Source: Planktothrix sp. GU0601_MAG3 (lineage in GTDB: Bacteria > Cyanobacteriota > Cyanobacteriia > Cyanobacteriales > Microcoleaceae). Taken from it: a stretch of DNA of 64,000 nt. Location: positions 4,084,578-4,148,577 of the forward strand of contig CP136572.1 in assembly GCA_035193785.1 (NCBI GenBank), in the 5' to 3' direction. The stretch's first letter is position 1, and the number at the start of each line of letters is the position of its first letter. Position numbers and translations under genes: made by a program. Below are positions 47,277 through 59,909 of the stretch, in pieces. The notes below the pieces were generated by a model, which ran no database searches, was not told the DNA's origin, and saw only the letters and a list, made by a program, of their open reading frames with translations.

Positions 47277-47919
47277 ATGCTCAAAGCGATTTTATTTGAT
47301 TTGGATGGAACTCTGGTTAATAGTGACCCATTACACTATCTGACTTGGGCAAAGGTTTTAGAGATTTATCAATTGACAATTGATCATCATTTTTATCAAA
47401 CTCGGATTAGTGGCAGAAACTAATGCTGAAATTGTAGGGGATTTATTTCCTGAATTTTCCGATGAAGATATCTTAAAAATGGTAGATTTAAAAGAATTAA
47501 AATTTCGAGAACTAGCTATTGATTTACAGCCCTTACCCGGGTTAACGGACTTTTTGGTTTGGGTGAATCAGCAAGAGTTTAAAACAGGTTTAGTCACGAA
47601 TGCACCCCGAGAAAATACAGATTTTATCCTGAAAAATTTGAAGTTATCGAACTATTTTGATCGGGTGGTTTTGTCCGATGAAATTGGCATAGGCAAACCC
47701 GATCCGGCTCCCTATCAATATTGTTTGGAACAGTTAAATATTCTACCAGAAGAAGCGATCGCTTTTGAAGATTCTCCCTCTGGGATTCGTTCTGCAATTG
47801 CTGCGGGGATTAAAACCATTGGGGTTGCTTCTACCCATGATCCCAATAGTTTAAAAGATTTGGGTGTGGCATTTGTAATCGAAGATTTTACCCATACTGA
47901 CCTACAAAAAATCGGATAA
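47277..47919 (+). CDS. HAD-family phosphatase; frameshift at 47416-47420
   Basis: MLKAILFDLDGTL...VTNAPR...GKPDP...FEDS. Confidence 0.9.
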
Positions 47920-48022
47920 CTATAGAAATCCCATTGGAGTTGTGTTCAATATTCTTGAGCAAAAGGGAACAGGGAAAGGGGAACAAAAGATCATACTTCT
48001 GACTGTTTCATTTCATATCATT

Positions 48023-48125
48023 TAGGACTCACGCACAAAACCCAAGAAACCGGGTTTCTGGCTCTGATTTGGCGGATGAAATCGGTGATTTCTCGTTCAG
48101 AAATCTGGTTTCTGTGTAAGTCATA
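48023..48125 (-). mobile_element. Second, more decayed copy of the 103-bp MITE, TSD TCATT
   Basis: Reverse-complement match to 24534-24636; TCATT at 48018-48022 and 48126-48130. Confidence 0.85.
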
Positions 48126-48215
48126 TCATTATTAAAATGCTACAACCTATTTAGGATTGCAATATGTCCTAATGCTTTAACTGATCGGGTTTACTATCGG
48201 GTCGGGCCTATTATT

Positions 48216-49862
48216 ATGAAAAAAATTGGACAAACTTTCATCACTTGGTTGCTAGTTACCTTTCTGATTGTCACCGCCATCCCCCTAGTGGTGGCGCAGA
48301 ATTCTCCATCCCCCAAACCCAATTCGCCTGCGATTCAGTCTAACCGTGGGTCTGTAACACTAGAGAATGAAACTTTATTTGTGATTGAAACTGGGTTAGG
48401 CGGTTCGTCTCCCTCAGAACGTTCTCAACGCATGAGCCGCAGCTTGAAGGATTTTGCTGACAACCAAGCCCTATCCCTGAACGAACTTGAAGTCTATACG
48501 GGGGACAAGGACGGCATTCCCCTGACGGTAATTCGGGCGGGCAATATTTTTTTAACCACAATCTCCAACGCCGATGCCCAAATAGCTGGCAAACCGCGCC
48601 CCGAATTAGCCGCATTATATTTAGAAAAAATCAAGGCGGGAGTCAGTCGCTACCGACAGCAAAGGAGTCTGGAATATTTGCTCCGTGCTGGTTTGTGGAG
48701 TATTTTCGCCACCGTGGCTCTGATAATTATTTTATTGATGACTAATAACGTCTTTGCCAGAATTTACCAGAGACTCGAAATTTGGGAACAATCTTATATT
48801 CGTCCCGTGCGGTTTGGCAATTGGGAACTGATTCGTGCTAACCAATTAGACAATATCATTTTTTGGCTGGTTCGGCTGGTGCAGGCGGCGATAATTCTGG
48901 GGCTGTTGGCCGCCTATTTTCCCTTTGTCCTTAGACAATTCCCTTGGACGAGGGGATTAGCCAAAACCTTAGAGGGCTATTTGGTAGCCACATTACAAAC
49001 GGGGTGGCAAGCTTTTATCAATTATTTGCCCAGTTTGTTGACGATTGTACTGGTGATTGTCGCGACCAAGTTTATTCTGGGTCTATCCAAACCTTTCTTC
49101 CGAGAATTGAGCGCCGGGACATTTTCTTTACCTGGCTTCTATGCGGAGTGGGCCGATGCTACCCAAAAGCTGGTTAATTTTTTAATTATTGCTTTGGCGG
49201 CAGTGATTATCTTTCCCTTATTGCCAGGATTTCAGTCTCCTGCGTTTCAAGGGATATCTGTCTTTTTAGGGCTACTAATTTCTCTGGGCTCTACCTCGGT
49301 CATTTCTAATCTGGTTTCTGGCAGTGTTTTGATCTATACTCGGGCATTTCGGGTGGGAGATCGGATTAAAATTGGCGACATCTCTGGGAAAGTTTTGGAA
49401 ACCACCCTGCTAGTAACTCGTATCCTGACTCCTACGAATATCGTTGTCAGCATTCCCAATTCTCAAATTAGCACCAGTTCGATTGAAAACTTCAGTTTTA
49501 GCTATCGAGAATTAAACCAGCCCTTGATCTTACGGATGACCGTATATTTAGGTTACGAAGTCCCTTGGCGCGAAGCTTACCAGGCTCTGATCCAAGCGGC
49601 GCTCCGTACCGAAGGAATGCTGGAGTCTCCGCCACCTTTCGTGCTACAAGGGGAACTGAACGAAGTTTACGTTACTTACTTGCTGAATGCCTATATCAAT
49701 GTGGAGTATTTTCAGGGCAAAACTTTAAAAGGAATTGAACAAGCTCGCTCCCAATTGAATGAAAATATCCGAGATTGTTGTACTACGGCCGGAATTCGGA
49801 TTTTTGCCCCTAATTATGAAGCCGATCCCACCAATTACGGGCCAGCGGCTGACAAAATTTAA
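48216..49862 (+). CDS. MscS-family mechanosensitive channel
   Basis: SLGSTSVISNLVSG...RAFRVGDRIKIG...IPN. Confidence 0.9.
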   Translation: MKKIGQTFITWLLVTFLIVTAIPLVVAQNSPSPKPNSPAIQSNRGSVTLENETLFVIETGLGGSSPSERSQRMSRSLKDFADNQALSLNELEVYTGDKDGIPLTVIRAGNIFLTTISNADAQIAGKPRPELAALYLEKIKAGVSRYRQQRSLEYLLRAGLWSIFATVALIIILLMTNNVFARIYQRLEIWEQSYIRPVRFGNWELIRANQLDNIIFWLVRLVQAAIILGLLAAYFPFVLRQFPWTRGLAKTLEGYLVATLQTGWQAFINYLPSLLTIVLVIVATKFILGLSKPFFRELSAGTFSLPGFYAEWADATQKLVNFLIIALAAVIIFPLLPGFQSPAFQGISVFLGLLISLGSTSVISNLVSGSVLIYTRAFRVGDRIKIGDISGKVLETTLLVTRILTPTNIVVSIPNSQISTSSIENFSFSYRELNQPLILRMTVYLGYEVPWREAYQALIQAALRTEGMLESPPPFVLQGELNEVYVTYLLNAYINVEYFQGKTLKGIEQARSQLNENIRDCCTTAGIRIFAPNYEADPTNYGPAADKI

Positions 49863-49881
49863 CTGCGCCTATCTCTATAGT

Positions 49882-51801
49882 TTATTCCCTATCCCCGGAC
49901 TTAATGGTTTCTTGAATTAACCAATAGGTGGTCATTTTCCCCCTACCTTTGACTTCAATTTCTCCCCGTTGTTCAAAAATGTAAGAATTTTTTAAGCGTT
50001 CATAGATAGCTTCCGTCACTTGAATTTTCCCAGGTAAACCAGAGGATTCCATCCGAGAAGCGACATTAACCGCATCCCCCCATAAATCATAAATAAATTT
50101 TTTCACCCCAATTACTCCGGCAATAACTGACCCAGTATTAATCCCAATTCGGATTTGCAAAGGTTCGTTATATTGGGTTTGAAAATTGGCGATCGCTCTT
50201 TGCATATCTAAGGCCATTTGAGCCATAGCTTCGGCATGATCTGGCTTGGCTAGGGGTAAACCTCCGACCACCATATAGGCGTCTCCAATGGTTTTAATTT
50301 TTTCTAAACCATGCTTTTCGGTGAGTTGATCAAACGCCGAAAACACTTGATTTAATCGCTCCACTAATTCATCGGGTTGAATGCGATTTGAAAGGGGTGT
50401 AAACCCAACAATATCGGCAAATAAAATCGTGACTTCATCGAATTTTTCAGCAATAGAACTGGTATCATATTTTAGACGTTCTGCAATGGATGGAGGCAAA
50501 ATATTCAGTAATAACTTTTCTGAACGTTCCCGGCTTTCCTGGAGAGCTTTGTCGGTATTTTTCCGTTCTAATTCGGCGCCAGCCCGGGCTGCAAAAATTC
50601 TTAAAACCAGTTCTCTAGTTTCGTCATTGATCATGGGGTTTGTATCTAAAATCGCAATATTACCGATCACATTTTTCATGGAATCTATTAAGGGAATTCC
50701 TGCATAACTGCGTGTTGTTGATTCCATGGAAGTTTGAATTTCAGGAAACCGATTAAAAACATGATCAGAACAACAATAATATTCTCCATTGCCAATGACT
50801 TGACCACAAGGTGTTCCTGCTAATTCATACTCAATATTGTTAATAAAACCCTGATCAACCCAAAATGCCAGGGTGCGAAGTTTGTTTTTTTTAGGACTGG
50901 TAAATTCAGTTACTAAAGTATAATGAACCCCCAGGATTTCAGCTAGGGAATGAACACAGGAGTGAAAAAAATCATCTCCGGTTTTAGAAGCTGTTCCCTC
51001 GACAATTAATTTTAGGGCTTCTTCTCGACGTTTGCGATCGCTAATATCCCGCATCACAGTCAGGACTGAATTAGAGGAAATAGGGGAAATATTAACGGAT
51101 AAATCTGTTTTTTTATTTTCGAGAATTAAACTATATTCAACCTCAATGGTTTCCTGGGTTTCTAAAGCGGTTTTAATCCCTCCTAACAAAATATCGGCTT
51201 GTTTTTGGGGTAGAATATCATGGATAGTTTGACCAATTCTTTCCTGTTCCGGCCTATATAATAATTGGGTATTGGGAGTAACCACTTTTAGATAATGCCC
51301 ATCCCCATCAAAAACAACAATTGACTCCTTCATTGCTTTAAATAGGGCGTTAACTTCCGCCTCGGATTTTTCTAAGGCTTGATTTTGAGTTTTGAGGGTT
51401 TTCTGAAGGGCTTGAATTTTTAACTGGGTTTGAACTCGAATTAAAACTTCTTCGAGTTGAAAGGGTTTAGTAATATAGTCGATTCCTCCCACTTCAAAGG
51501 CTTTAACTTTATCCTTAATATCATCTCCAGCACTTAAAAAAATAACTGGGACAGAACTGGTTTTGGGATCGGATTTTAAGATTTTACAGACCTCATAGCC
51601 AGTAATTTGGGGCATATTAATATCCAGAAGAATCAGATCAGGAACTACGGTTCTAGCGGCCATTAAAGCCACATTGCCATTGATCGCCTTTCGCACTTGA
51701 TATTCTTGCTGGACGAGAAAATCAGATAAAAAACGAATATTGTCAATATTGTCATCAACAATCAGAATATCGGCTTTTAATCGATTTGTATTAATATCCA
51801 T
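49882..51801 (-). CDS. REC-PAS-GAF adenylate cyclase (class III)
   Basis: ILIVDD, FADIVGFT, KTIGDAYM, YDLWGDAVNVASRMES. Confidence 0.92.
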   Translation of the reverse strand: MDINTNRLKADILIVDDNIDNIRFLSDFLVQQEYQVRKAINGNVALMAARTVVPDLILLDINMPQITGYEVCKILKSDPKTSSVPVIFLSAGDDIKDKVKAFEVGGIDYITKPFQLEEVLIRVQTQLKIQALQKTLKTQNQALEKSEAEVNALFKAMKESIVVFDGDGHYLKVVTPNTQLLYRPEQERIGQTIHDILPQKQADILLGGIKTALETQETIEVEYSLILENKKTDLSVNISPISSNSVLTVMRDISDRKRREEALKLIVEGTASKTGDDFFHSCVHSLAEILGVHYTLVTEFTSPKKNKLRTLAFWVDQGFINNIEYELAGTPCGQVIGNGEYYCCSDHVFNRFPEIQTSMESTTRSYAGIPLIDSMKNVIGNIAILDTNPMINDETRELVLRIFAARAGAELERKNTDKALQESRERSEKLLLNILPPSIAERLKYDTSSIAEKFDEVTILFADIVGFTPLSNRIQPDELVERLNQVFSAFDQLTEKHGLEKIKTIGDAYMVVGGLPLAKPDHAEAMAQMALDMQRAIANFQTQYNEPLQIRIGINTGSVIAGVIGVKKFIYDLWGDAVNVASRMESSGLPGKIQVTEAIYERLKNSYIFEQRGEIEVKGRGKMTTYWLIQETIKSGDRE

Positions 51802-51866
51802 AAATAACTAAATTTGTAATTTATCGGGATGGCTTAAACTTTAAAAAAAAGAGATTATTTGTGATG

Positions 51867-54800
51867 CTAAGGTTGTCCCCTTCCAATATTGTTGGTAGTG
51901 ATTTCCAAGATAGTTTGAAATTCAAAATTCATGTTTAACTGATTTAGGATACTCATTAATTCCTGATTTTCCGGGGGAATTTGAGCAATTAAATCTGCAA
52001 TTTTTTCATCGCTTCCTTGAGCCGCCGCATAATATAGTTCTCCTTGCCATTCTGGTGACATTATGGTGAGGAGAGAACTTAAATTTTCTTCTGAATTGGG
52101 GGAAGAATTAGAACTTAATTGTTCTAGCTGGGTCTCATTTTTTTGATAGATATATTGTACACCCAAATGGTGGCTAATTTTTTCCAGTAAATTGTCAACT
52201 TCTAGGGGTTTAGTGATGAAATCATCACAACCGCAAGCCGAAATTTTTTGTTGATCCTCCTCAAAAACACTGGCGGTTAAAATGATAATTTTGGTTTTTT
52301 GTCCCAGGGATGCACCCTTAATTAGTTTAGTGGCGGTTAACCCGTCCATCACGGGCATTCTGACATCCATTAAAATCAAGTCCGGTTGCCAAGTTTTCCA
52401 ACAATCAATGGCTTCTTGACCATTTTCCGCATTCTCAATTTTAAACCCCAGACTTAATAATAATTCATTTAGTAATAAACGACTATCTAAGCGGTCATCG
52501 ACGACTAAAATTTTATATTCTGGCTGTCCGGGCGCAAGATGAATTGCTTTAGCTTTAGTTGTATTCACAGACAATGGATAATACTCTAAAGAATGAGTCG
52601 GAATTTCAAAGCTAAATAAACTTCCGACCCCTAACTGACTGCTAACGTGAATATCTCCCCCCATCAGTTGTACATATTTTCGGCTAATGGCTAATCCTAA
52701 TCCGGTTCCCTGATTAGAATTTAGTCCCGATTCCGTTTGTTTAAAGGGTTTCAAAGAGTAGGTGAATTTCCTCGGGGGAAATCCCAGCACCCGTGTCTTC
52801 GACTTCAAATAAAATAAACTCTAATTCCTGCTGATTCTCGGAATTAACAGCCGGATTTTTTGGTTCTAAATCCTCTAAATTAGAAGCCAAGGAGGTTTCG
52901 GTTTGAACAATTTGATATTCCCGTTTAACCCGAACTATGACTTTTCCTTTAGTGGTAAATTTAATCGCATTGCTTAACAAGTTTAATAAAACCTGTCGCA
53001 ATTTTCCTTCGTCGCTTTGTAAATAACAGGGGAGGTCGGGTGCATACTCAAATTTTAATTCTATGTTTTGGGATTCTGCCCGCATTTGCATCATTTTTCT
53101 TAACCCTTCTAAAAGATTAATTAAATCAAACTGATGTTGATTGAGGGTGGTTCTTCCGGCTTCAATTTTAGACATTTCTAAAACGTCATTAATTAGGGTT
53201 AATAAATGTTCCCCAGCTTGATTGATAATTCCCACATATTTATGATGTTTGGCAGATAATAAAGGATCTTCATTCATCAACTGAGTAAATCCTAAAATTG
53301 CATTCAAGGGTGTTCTTAACTCATGGCTCATACTCGCTAAAAATTCTGATTTAGCTTGGTTAGCTGCATCGGCTGCTATAACTGCTTTTTGTAAATCAAT
53401 TGATTGTTTTTGGGTGGTTTCTAATAATTCAGTTTGTTGTAAGGCTACTCCTAACTGATTACTAATTTGGATGGCAATATTAATTTCTACTTCCTTCCAC
53501 TCCCGGGGACTGGAGTTTTGGTAAGTGGCGAGTAAACCCCATAATTTATCATTGGAGAAAATCGGAGTAATAATATAAGCTCTAGCCTGAAAACTCTCTA
53601 ATAATTTGATATAACATTGATTAAATCCAGCGTTATAAATATCAGCAACGGCACGATGATTCACCCCCCGACCATATAGCCCCCCTTGGGTATCTTTCAA
53701 ATAGGTATCTTGGATGGGAGGGAAATTACTAGAAGAATTATTATCAAAGAGTTTAACGGTACACCGTTCATTTTCTGTGGTATTTTCCTGCAATGAGGGA
53801 TTGGTATTTTGTTCTTCAAATAAAGATATCCACCCCTGACTCACGGATTCGGCGATGAATTCTCCACTCCAGTCCGGGCGGAAACTGATACACCACAACC
53901 CGTTCACAATTAAGCACTCGTCTTAATTCTAAAGCTGTGGTGGAAAAAATCATTTTTATATCTAAGGTTTGGCGGATTCTTTGAATTGCTTTCGCTAGAG
54001 CCTGCTCCCTTTCTAAACTTTCTTGTAAAGCGATTTGGGTATTTTTGCTATCGGTGATATTTTCAGAAATACACAACATATGGGTAATTTTTTGATTGTT
54101 AATAATTGGGATTTTTTGGGTTCTTAATAGCAGGTCGTTACCGGCTAGATTATGAATCATAAATTCCGGGATATCTATGGCTTTTTTGTGATTTAAGATT
54201 TCTAAAACATGGGATCGAAAATAATCCGCTTGCTGCTGGGGTAAAAGATGATAAATATTTTTGCCTAAAATCTCCTCTCGCTTGACTCCAAATATCATTT
54301 CACTGGATTTATTCCAGAGTTCAAATTTAAAATCATTCTCGACATTTTTTACATAGATAGCTAAGGGAATATTTTCAATAATCGTATTTAAAAATTGCTG
54401 GGATTTGGCTAATTTTTGATCAAGTTCTTTTCGTTCAGTAATATTATTAAAGGTGCAAACAATTCGGTCTAATTTACCCAGATTATTGAACTGAGGATCA
54501 ATATTTAGCAATAACCAAGCCTTTAGTTGGGAGGACTGGTCTTGAGCAAGTCCCAGAATTAGGTTGTGGACGGGTTTCCCCTGGGAAATTGCTTGATGAA
54601 TGGGTTGCATTTTCTCGGTTAAGGGATTCCCTTCCTCATCGAGAAATTGCCAAGGTAGGGAAAATATATTTTTCCCCTCTAATTCCGGTTCGGTTTGTAC
54701 TAATAAATCTTGGGCAAATTGGTTACTCAAAACAATATTACCCTGGGGAGATAAAAGTAACACACCTACGGGCATTTCTCGAATTAGAGAACGGAAGCGT

Positions 54801-55601
54801 TTTTCACTCTCCTGTAGAGCATTTTGATAGACTAATTGACTGGTATATCGTTGATCAAAAACCGATGTTACTAAGGTTCCAATTAGCAGGATTAAGGTGA
54901 CAATCCCAATCTGTATCGCTAACCCGGAATTGGCATTGGCTTCCATTAAGTTTGCGGGAAACAGAAGACTGTTCGACCATGGACACCGCCCAGATGCCCG
55001 TGTAGTGCATTCCACTGATACCAACGCCCATCACCCCGGCACTGCAAACCTTCCAGGGATTAAGCCCCGAGGAGGGGGAATTTCTCAGGTAAAATGCCAA
55101 CCCCAAGGCTACCATGGAGGCAATAATGGCGATCGCCACCGACAGCAAAACTCGCCCTAAATTGTATTCCATCATCGCCCCAGCAACGGTCATTCCTGAC
55201 ATTCCTAGATAGTGCATGGAGGCGATCGCTAATCCCATGACCACACCGCCGGAAAACAATCCCAAACTGAGTTTCGGCCGACTGAATAATAATAAAGCTA
55301 GTCCCGAAGCGATAATGGCCACTCCCCAGGAGACTAGGGTAATCACCATATTGTAGGTCACGGGCAGGGGGAGTTTCAGGGCTAACATCCCGATAAAGTG
55401 CATTGACCAAATGCCTGTGCCCATGGCAACAGCACCGCCTAACGTCCATAGGAGGCGACTTCTGGGGGGTGATTGGAGGGTGACTCGTGTAGCGAGATCT
55501 AAAGCAGTATAGGAGGCAATCACCGCGATTAAAAATGAAAAGGCAACTAAAGAAGGTTGATAATGGTTGTGAATAACCGTCATAGTGATTAATAATTGCA
55601 T
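51867..55601 (-). CDS. Hybrid histidine kinase MHYT-PAS-PAS-GAF(CBCR)-HisKA-HATPase-REC; frameshifts at 54958-54962, 53881-53885, 52748-52752
   Basis: MHF/MHY repeats, PAS, DTYL..TQGG..DIY.AGF.QCY, MSHELRTPL, GTGLGL, REC. Confidence 0.9.
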
Positions 55602-56122
55602 ATTTTAGAAATTGAGTTAATGATTGATAACCTAGCTTGACTATCAATAATGAAACCGAAATTTAAAGGTTTTTCTGAAATTTTATATAGGAATTCATTC
55701 ATGCGACGGAACATGGGGGCAATCGGAAAATCATTTACTTTATTATATCGATATTGCCCTGACTTATAAAGTGAACATTTTATTATAATTTCGGTGAAGG
55801 TTTAGACAATGACGAATAAAAAAGTAGGTTTTTGAATCCCATCTATCAATATTTAGTCCAATTTTAGTATTAAATTATACTAAAATCATGGACAAACGCT
55901 GGAATTTTTCTCCGACAAATACCTACAACCTAATGGCTATAGGTGTTTCATAAAAACTAATTTTTGTCAATACCCTAAAGTCAACCTCTTGTAACTTTCT
56001 TCTGCTTGAATTTTGCAAAAATGGTTAAGTCTATGCAAGGATATTGAAATGGGAGTTATAGCAGTGTTGCCTGCTATATGGAACCAGTAGGCTATTGCTT
56101 CAAGAACATAACACCTGACTGA

Positions 56123-57441
56123 ATGACCATTGACCAACTCATTGATATTCTCAAAGTCAGTTTACCCGAAGGTCTGACATCCCTCCAAGAAATGGTGTTA
56201 CGTTCTTCTTGGGATGGTAAAACCTATGCGTTAATGGCGTCGGAAACCAACTATGTTAAGGAATACTTGAGTCGGGCTGCGTCGGAACTGTGGTCAACCT
56301 TGAGTGATTTCTGGGAGGAAAACCCATTGGCAAAAATAACTTACGCCTGGTATTCGAGTCCCGTCCGTTAACCAAAGCCCAACGAAAACTTCTGGAACAG
56401 TTTCAATCTCAAACCTTGGGCTCTGTTTTAGAGTTCCCCGGGGCGCCTGTGGGCTTAGACTCCAAATTATATATTGAACGTCCTCCGATTGAAACCCTTG
56501 CCTATGAAGAAATCACCAAACCCGGCAGTATTATTCGGATTAAAGCCCCTTGGAAAATGGGCAAAACTTCTTTACTTTTAAGAATTATTAATCAAGCTGA
56601 ATCCTATCATTATAGCACCGTTAATATTGATTTTCAACAGGCAGAAAAAACTATTTTTTCCGGGGTGGATAAATTTTTTCGTTGGTTTAGTCGAAATATT
56701 AGTTGGAAATTAAAAATTCCTCCCAATCTCGATAACTATTGGCATAAAAATATGGGCAGTAAAGTCAGTTGTACCATTTATTTTGAAGCCTATCTCTTAC
56801 AACAAATTGAGACGAATTTGGTTTTGGGACTAAATGAAGTTAATCGTCTCTTTGAATATCCTGATATTGCCGAAGAATTTTTTTCACTTCTGCGATCTTG
56901 GTATGAGCAAGCCAGAAGTAATAATACCTGGAAAAAGTTGCGTTTAGTTTTAACCTATTCGACGGAAATTTATATCCCTTTAAATATTAATCAATCCCCT
57001 TTTAATGTAGGATTACCCTTAAAATTACCCGCTTTCGATCCCGAACAGGTTTTATCCTTAGCCCTGCGTCACGGGTTAGACTGGACTCCCGCCCAAACCA
57101 AGCAACTTATGGCAATGGTTGGTGGTCATCCTTTTTTAGTTAGACTGGGATTATACCATTTATCTCGAGGGGAATTAACCCTAAAACAACTATTACAAGA
57201 AGCGGTAACGGAAACAGGAATTTATAGTAGCATCCTGCGGCGGATTTTGGCGGTTTTACAGGCAGATCCTCAACTTGAAAAAGCATTTAAACAGGTGATT
57301 TATGCCGATCAACCGATTAAATTAGCTTCCGTAGTCACCTACAAATTAGATAGTATGGGAATTGTCACTCTGAAAGGGGATTATGTTGTCTATAGTTGTG
57401 AACTGTATCGACTATATTTTAAGAATCAATTACTTGAGTAA
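56123..57441 (+). CDS. wHTH + AAA-like (AAA_35) domain protein; frameshift at GAAAAC 56318-56323
   Basis: SWDGKTY...ELW..LS N-domain; YIERPPIE, APWKMGKTS, QSPFNVG, VGGHP. Confidence 0.8.
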
Positions 57442-57509
57442 CATAGAAGATTATCCCTGATTTATTAAAGTGCGACCCCTTGATTTTAATTATATAAACA
57501 GGAGGAACC

Positions 57510-57788
57510 ATGAATAGCGCGGTAATGCCAATGCGAAATCAGCATAAAGATTTAATTGAGCGGTATGAAGCATTGCTTCTATATTCTGAAATCCCTCTAA
57601 TTCCCGTCAGTCAAACAATTCTTAAGCAAGCTGCGAATATTCGATCTACTACAAATATTAGAACTCCCGATGCAATTCATGCAGCCACAGCCCTAAATCT
57701 GGGTTTTACAATCTTCCTAACTAATGATTCCGGTTTACGAAATCTTCCTAGTTTGCCAGTTGTTATTCTCAAGGATTTAATCAGATAA
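57510..57788 (+). pseudogene. N-truncated PIN (VapC-like) toxin with no partner
   Basis: C-terminal PIN motifs RTPDAIHAATA...FLTND; first catalytic Asp region absent. Confidence 0.6.
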
Positions 57789-57858
57789 TGAGGAACAATA
57801 AAGCGATTCTATCGACTATTAGGTTATAAGGGTTAAATCAAAACTTGAAAAAATAAGG

Positions 57859-58518
57859 ATGTTTTGGTATATGTTAATTTCTAAATTATCCCGTTCAGGA
57901 CTATCGGTTTTCCTGGCTTTAGGCCTAACAACAGCCGTGGCTACACCTCTGCTGCAAGCTATTCCCGCCACAGCCCAAGCCTTCCCCAATAGCTTACAAC
58001 GGGATAGAATTTTAGCCGGAACCCAGATTCCGGTAGAATACTCCCAAGCTGAAAAAATCGTGGTCATGCCGAATGAAACCGTCTCCCTAACGATCACGGT
58101 AGCACGAGATATTGTGACCAGTCAGGGACGGGTTTGGATTCCGGCCGGGGCTGAAATTGTCGGACAATTAAAACCCGCTTCCGGGGGATCTCAATTTGTG
58201 GCCAGCGAGGTAATTATCGGTGCGGGAAAACGGTTTCGCCTAGATGCAAATTCTGAAGTTGTGACCCATACCGAAACCGTCCGCAAAGGTGCCTCGGCAA
58301 CGTCTATTATCGGTGGGGCAGCCATTGGGGCCGCAGCAGCCGCAGCTATTGGTGCGGTGGCTGGGGATAATGCGATCGCCACGGAAGAAGTTTTAGTCGG
58401 TGCGGGACTCGGTGCCATCACTGGAGTCTTCGTTGGGCGGAGTCAAGTGGATGTGGTGGTGATTAATCCGAGTCAAGACCTCAGTTTAACCTTACAATCG
58501 GATATCATATTCCGATAA
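57859..58518 (+). CDS. Exported protein with glycine zipper
   Basis: Signal peptide, IPAGAEIVG, GAAIGAAAAAAIG. Confidence 0.75.
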   Translation: MFWYMLISKLSRSGLSVFLALGLTTAVATPLLQAIPATAQAFPNSLQRDRILAGTQIPVEYSQAEKIVVMPNETVSLTITVARDIVTSQGRVWIPAGAEIVGQLKPASGGSQFVASEVIIGAGKRFRLDANSEVVTHTETVRKGASATSIIGGAAIGAAAAAAIGAVAGDNAIATEEVLVGAGLGAITGVFVGRSQVDVVVINPSQDLSLTLQSDIIFR

Positions 58519-58521
58519 ATC

Positions 58522-58666
58522 GTAGTGAGGTGTTCACGCCTCTCTGTTTCTTTCAAGATAGCCCTGAAGGGCTTACTACTATTAAATTGTAGTGAGGTGT
58601 TCACGCCTCTCTGTTCCAAGATAGCCCTAAAGGGCTTACTACTATTAGCCCTGAAGGGCTTACTAC
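58522..58666. repeat. REP cluster (GTAGTGAGG... / AGCCCTGAAGGGCTTACTAC)
   Basis: Two tandem doublets plus an extra arm. Confidence 0.85.
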
Positions 58667-58668
58667 CT

Positions 58669-59773
58669 ATGAGGATTTCCACGGCTAAAAAATACGGGGT
58701 CGCATTCTGCCTAACTTTGGGGTTAACGGCATTAGTTAGTTGTTGGAGTCCTAAAGCCACACAAACGGCTGAGTCTTCCCTACAACAAGCTCAGAAACAT
58801 GGCTCAAGGGATAACCCAACAACTGATCAGTCAAACCCAAAATCCCCGTTTTGCCCAACCGATTGATTGTCAATTAGGTCAGGATTGTTTTATTTTGTTA
58901 TATCCCGATCGCGATCCAACCCCTAATGCCGTTGATTTTGGTTGTGGACGTCAAACCTACGATGGGCATAAAGGCACGGATTTCGCCATCCCCGACGAAC
59001 AGGCCATGGCTAGAGGGGTTCCGGTCTTAGCCTCCCAGGGGGGCACGGTGTTGCGTGTACGGGACGGGATAGCAGATCGACGAATTCAAACGGAAGCCGA
59101 TAAAAAGACCGTGGAGGGGACGGAATGTGGCAATGGTGTGGTAATTGATCATAGTTCTATTCCCAATGGGGCGGGGTGGGAAACTCAATATTGTCATTTA
59201 CGCCGGGGAAGTGTACAGGTCAAACCTGGGGACAAGGTAGAAAAAGGGACGGTTTTAGGGGCGGTAGGAGCTTCGGGTTTGGCATCCTTTCCCCATGTTC
59301 ATCTCACCATTAATTATCAGGGAAAAGTAATTGATCCCTTTGTGGGGCCAGCAGCAACGGCCGGGTGTAATGTGACCCGCAACCCGATTTGGGAACAGTC
59401 TTTTGCCTATATTCCCACGGGGTTAATTCGGGCTGGATTTTCTGCCCAACCTCCAACCATGGATGAATTATGGCAGGGGAAATTTAATCAAACTACCTTA
59501 CCCCAAGACAGTCCAGTATTGTTATTTTGGGTGCAGGTTTATGGGGTATTAAGTGGGGATAAAATGGTTTTTAATTTGTATAATCCCCAGGGACAAAAAG
59601 TTTTAAATAATGAAAATTTTGCTAATGATTCCAGTAAAACTTGGATTGGTTATGTTGGGAAAAAAAATGATCCTCAACAACCTTTAACTCCTGGCACTTG
59701 GAAGGCAGAATATCAATTAATTAGAGGCGATCGCACTTTAGTTAAAACTCAAAATCAACTGGAAATTAAATAG
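58669..59773 (+). CDS. M23 metallopeptidase lipoprotein; frameshift at 58794-58798
   Basis: Lipobox LVSC, HKGTD, YCHL, HVH. Confidence 0.88.
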
Positions 59774-59909
59774 GGAATAGGGAATAGGGAATAGGGGAAA
59801 AAAGATATAATCTCAGTTATTAGTTCACTCCTAAACTGATAACTGATGACTGATGACTGATGACTGACGACTGATAACTGATGACTGATGACTGACGACT
59901 GATAACTGA
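59771..59909 (+). repeat. STRR arrays (TAGGGAA; ACTGATG/ACTGATA)
   Basis: Tandem heptamers between convergent genes. Confidence 0.85.

Noticed and set aside
58522..58866. ORFs 58525-58866 and 58473-58760
   Set aside because: They are read-through of REP repeats; the real M23 gene starts at 58669.
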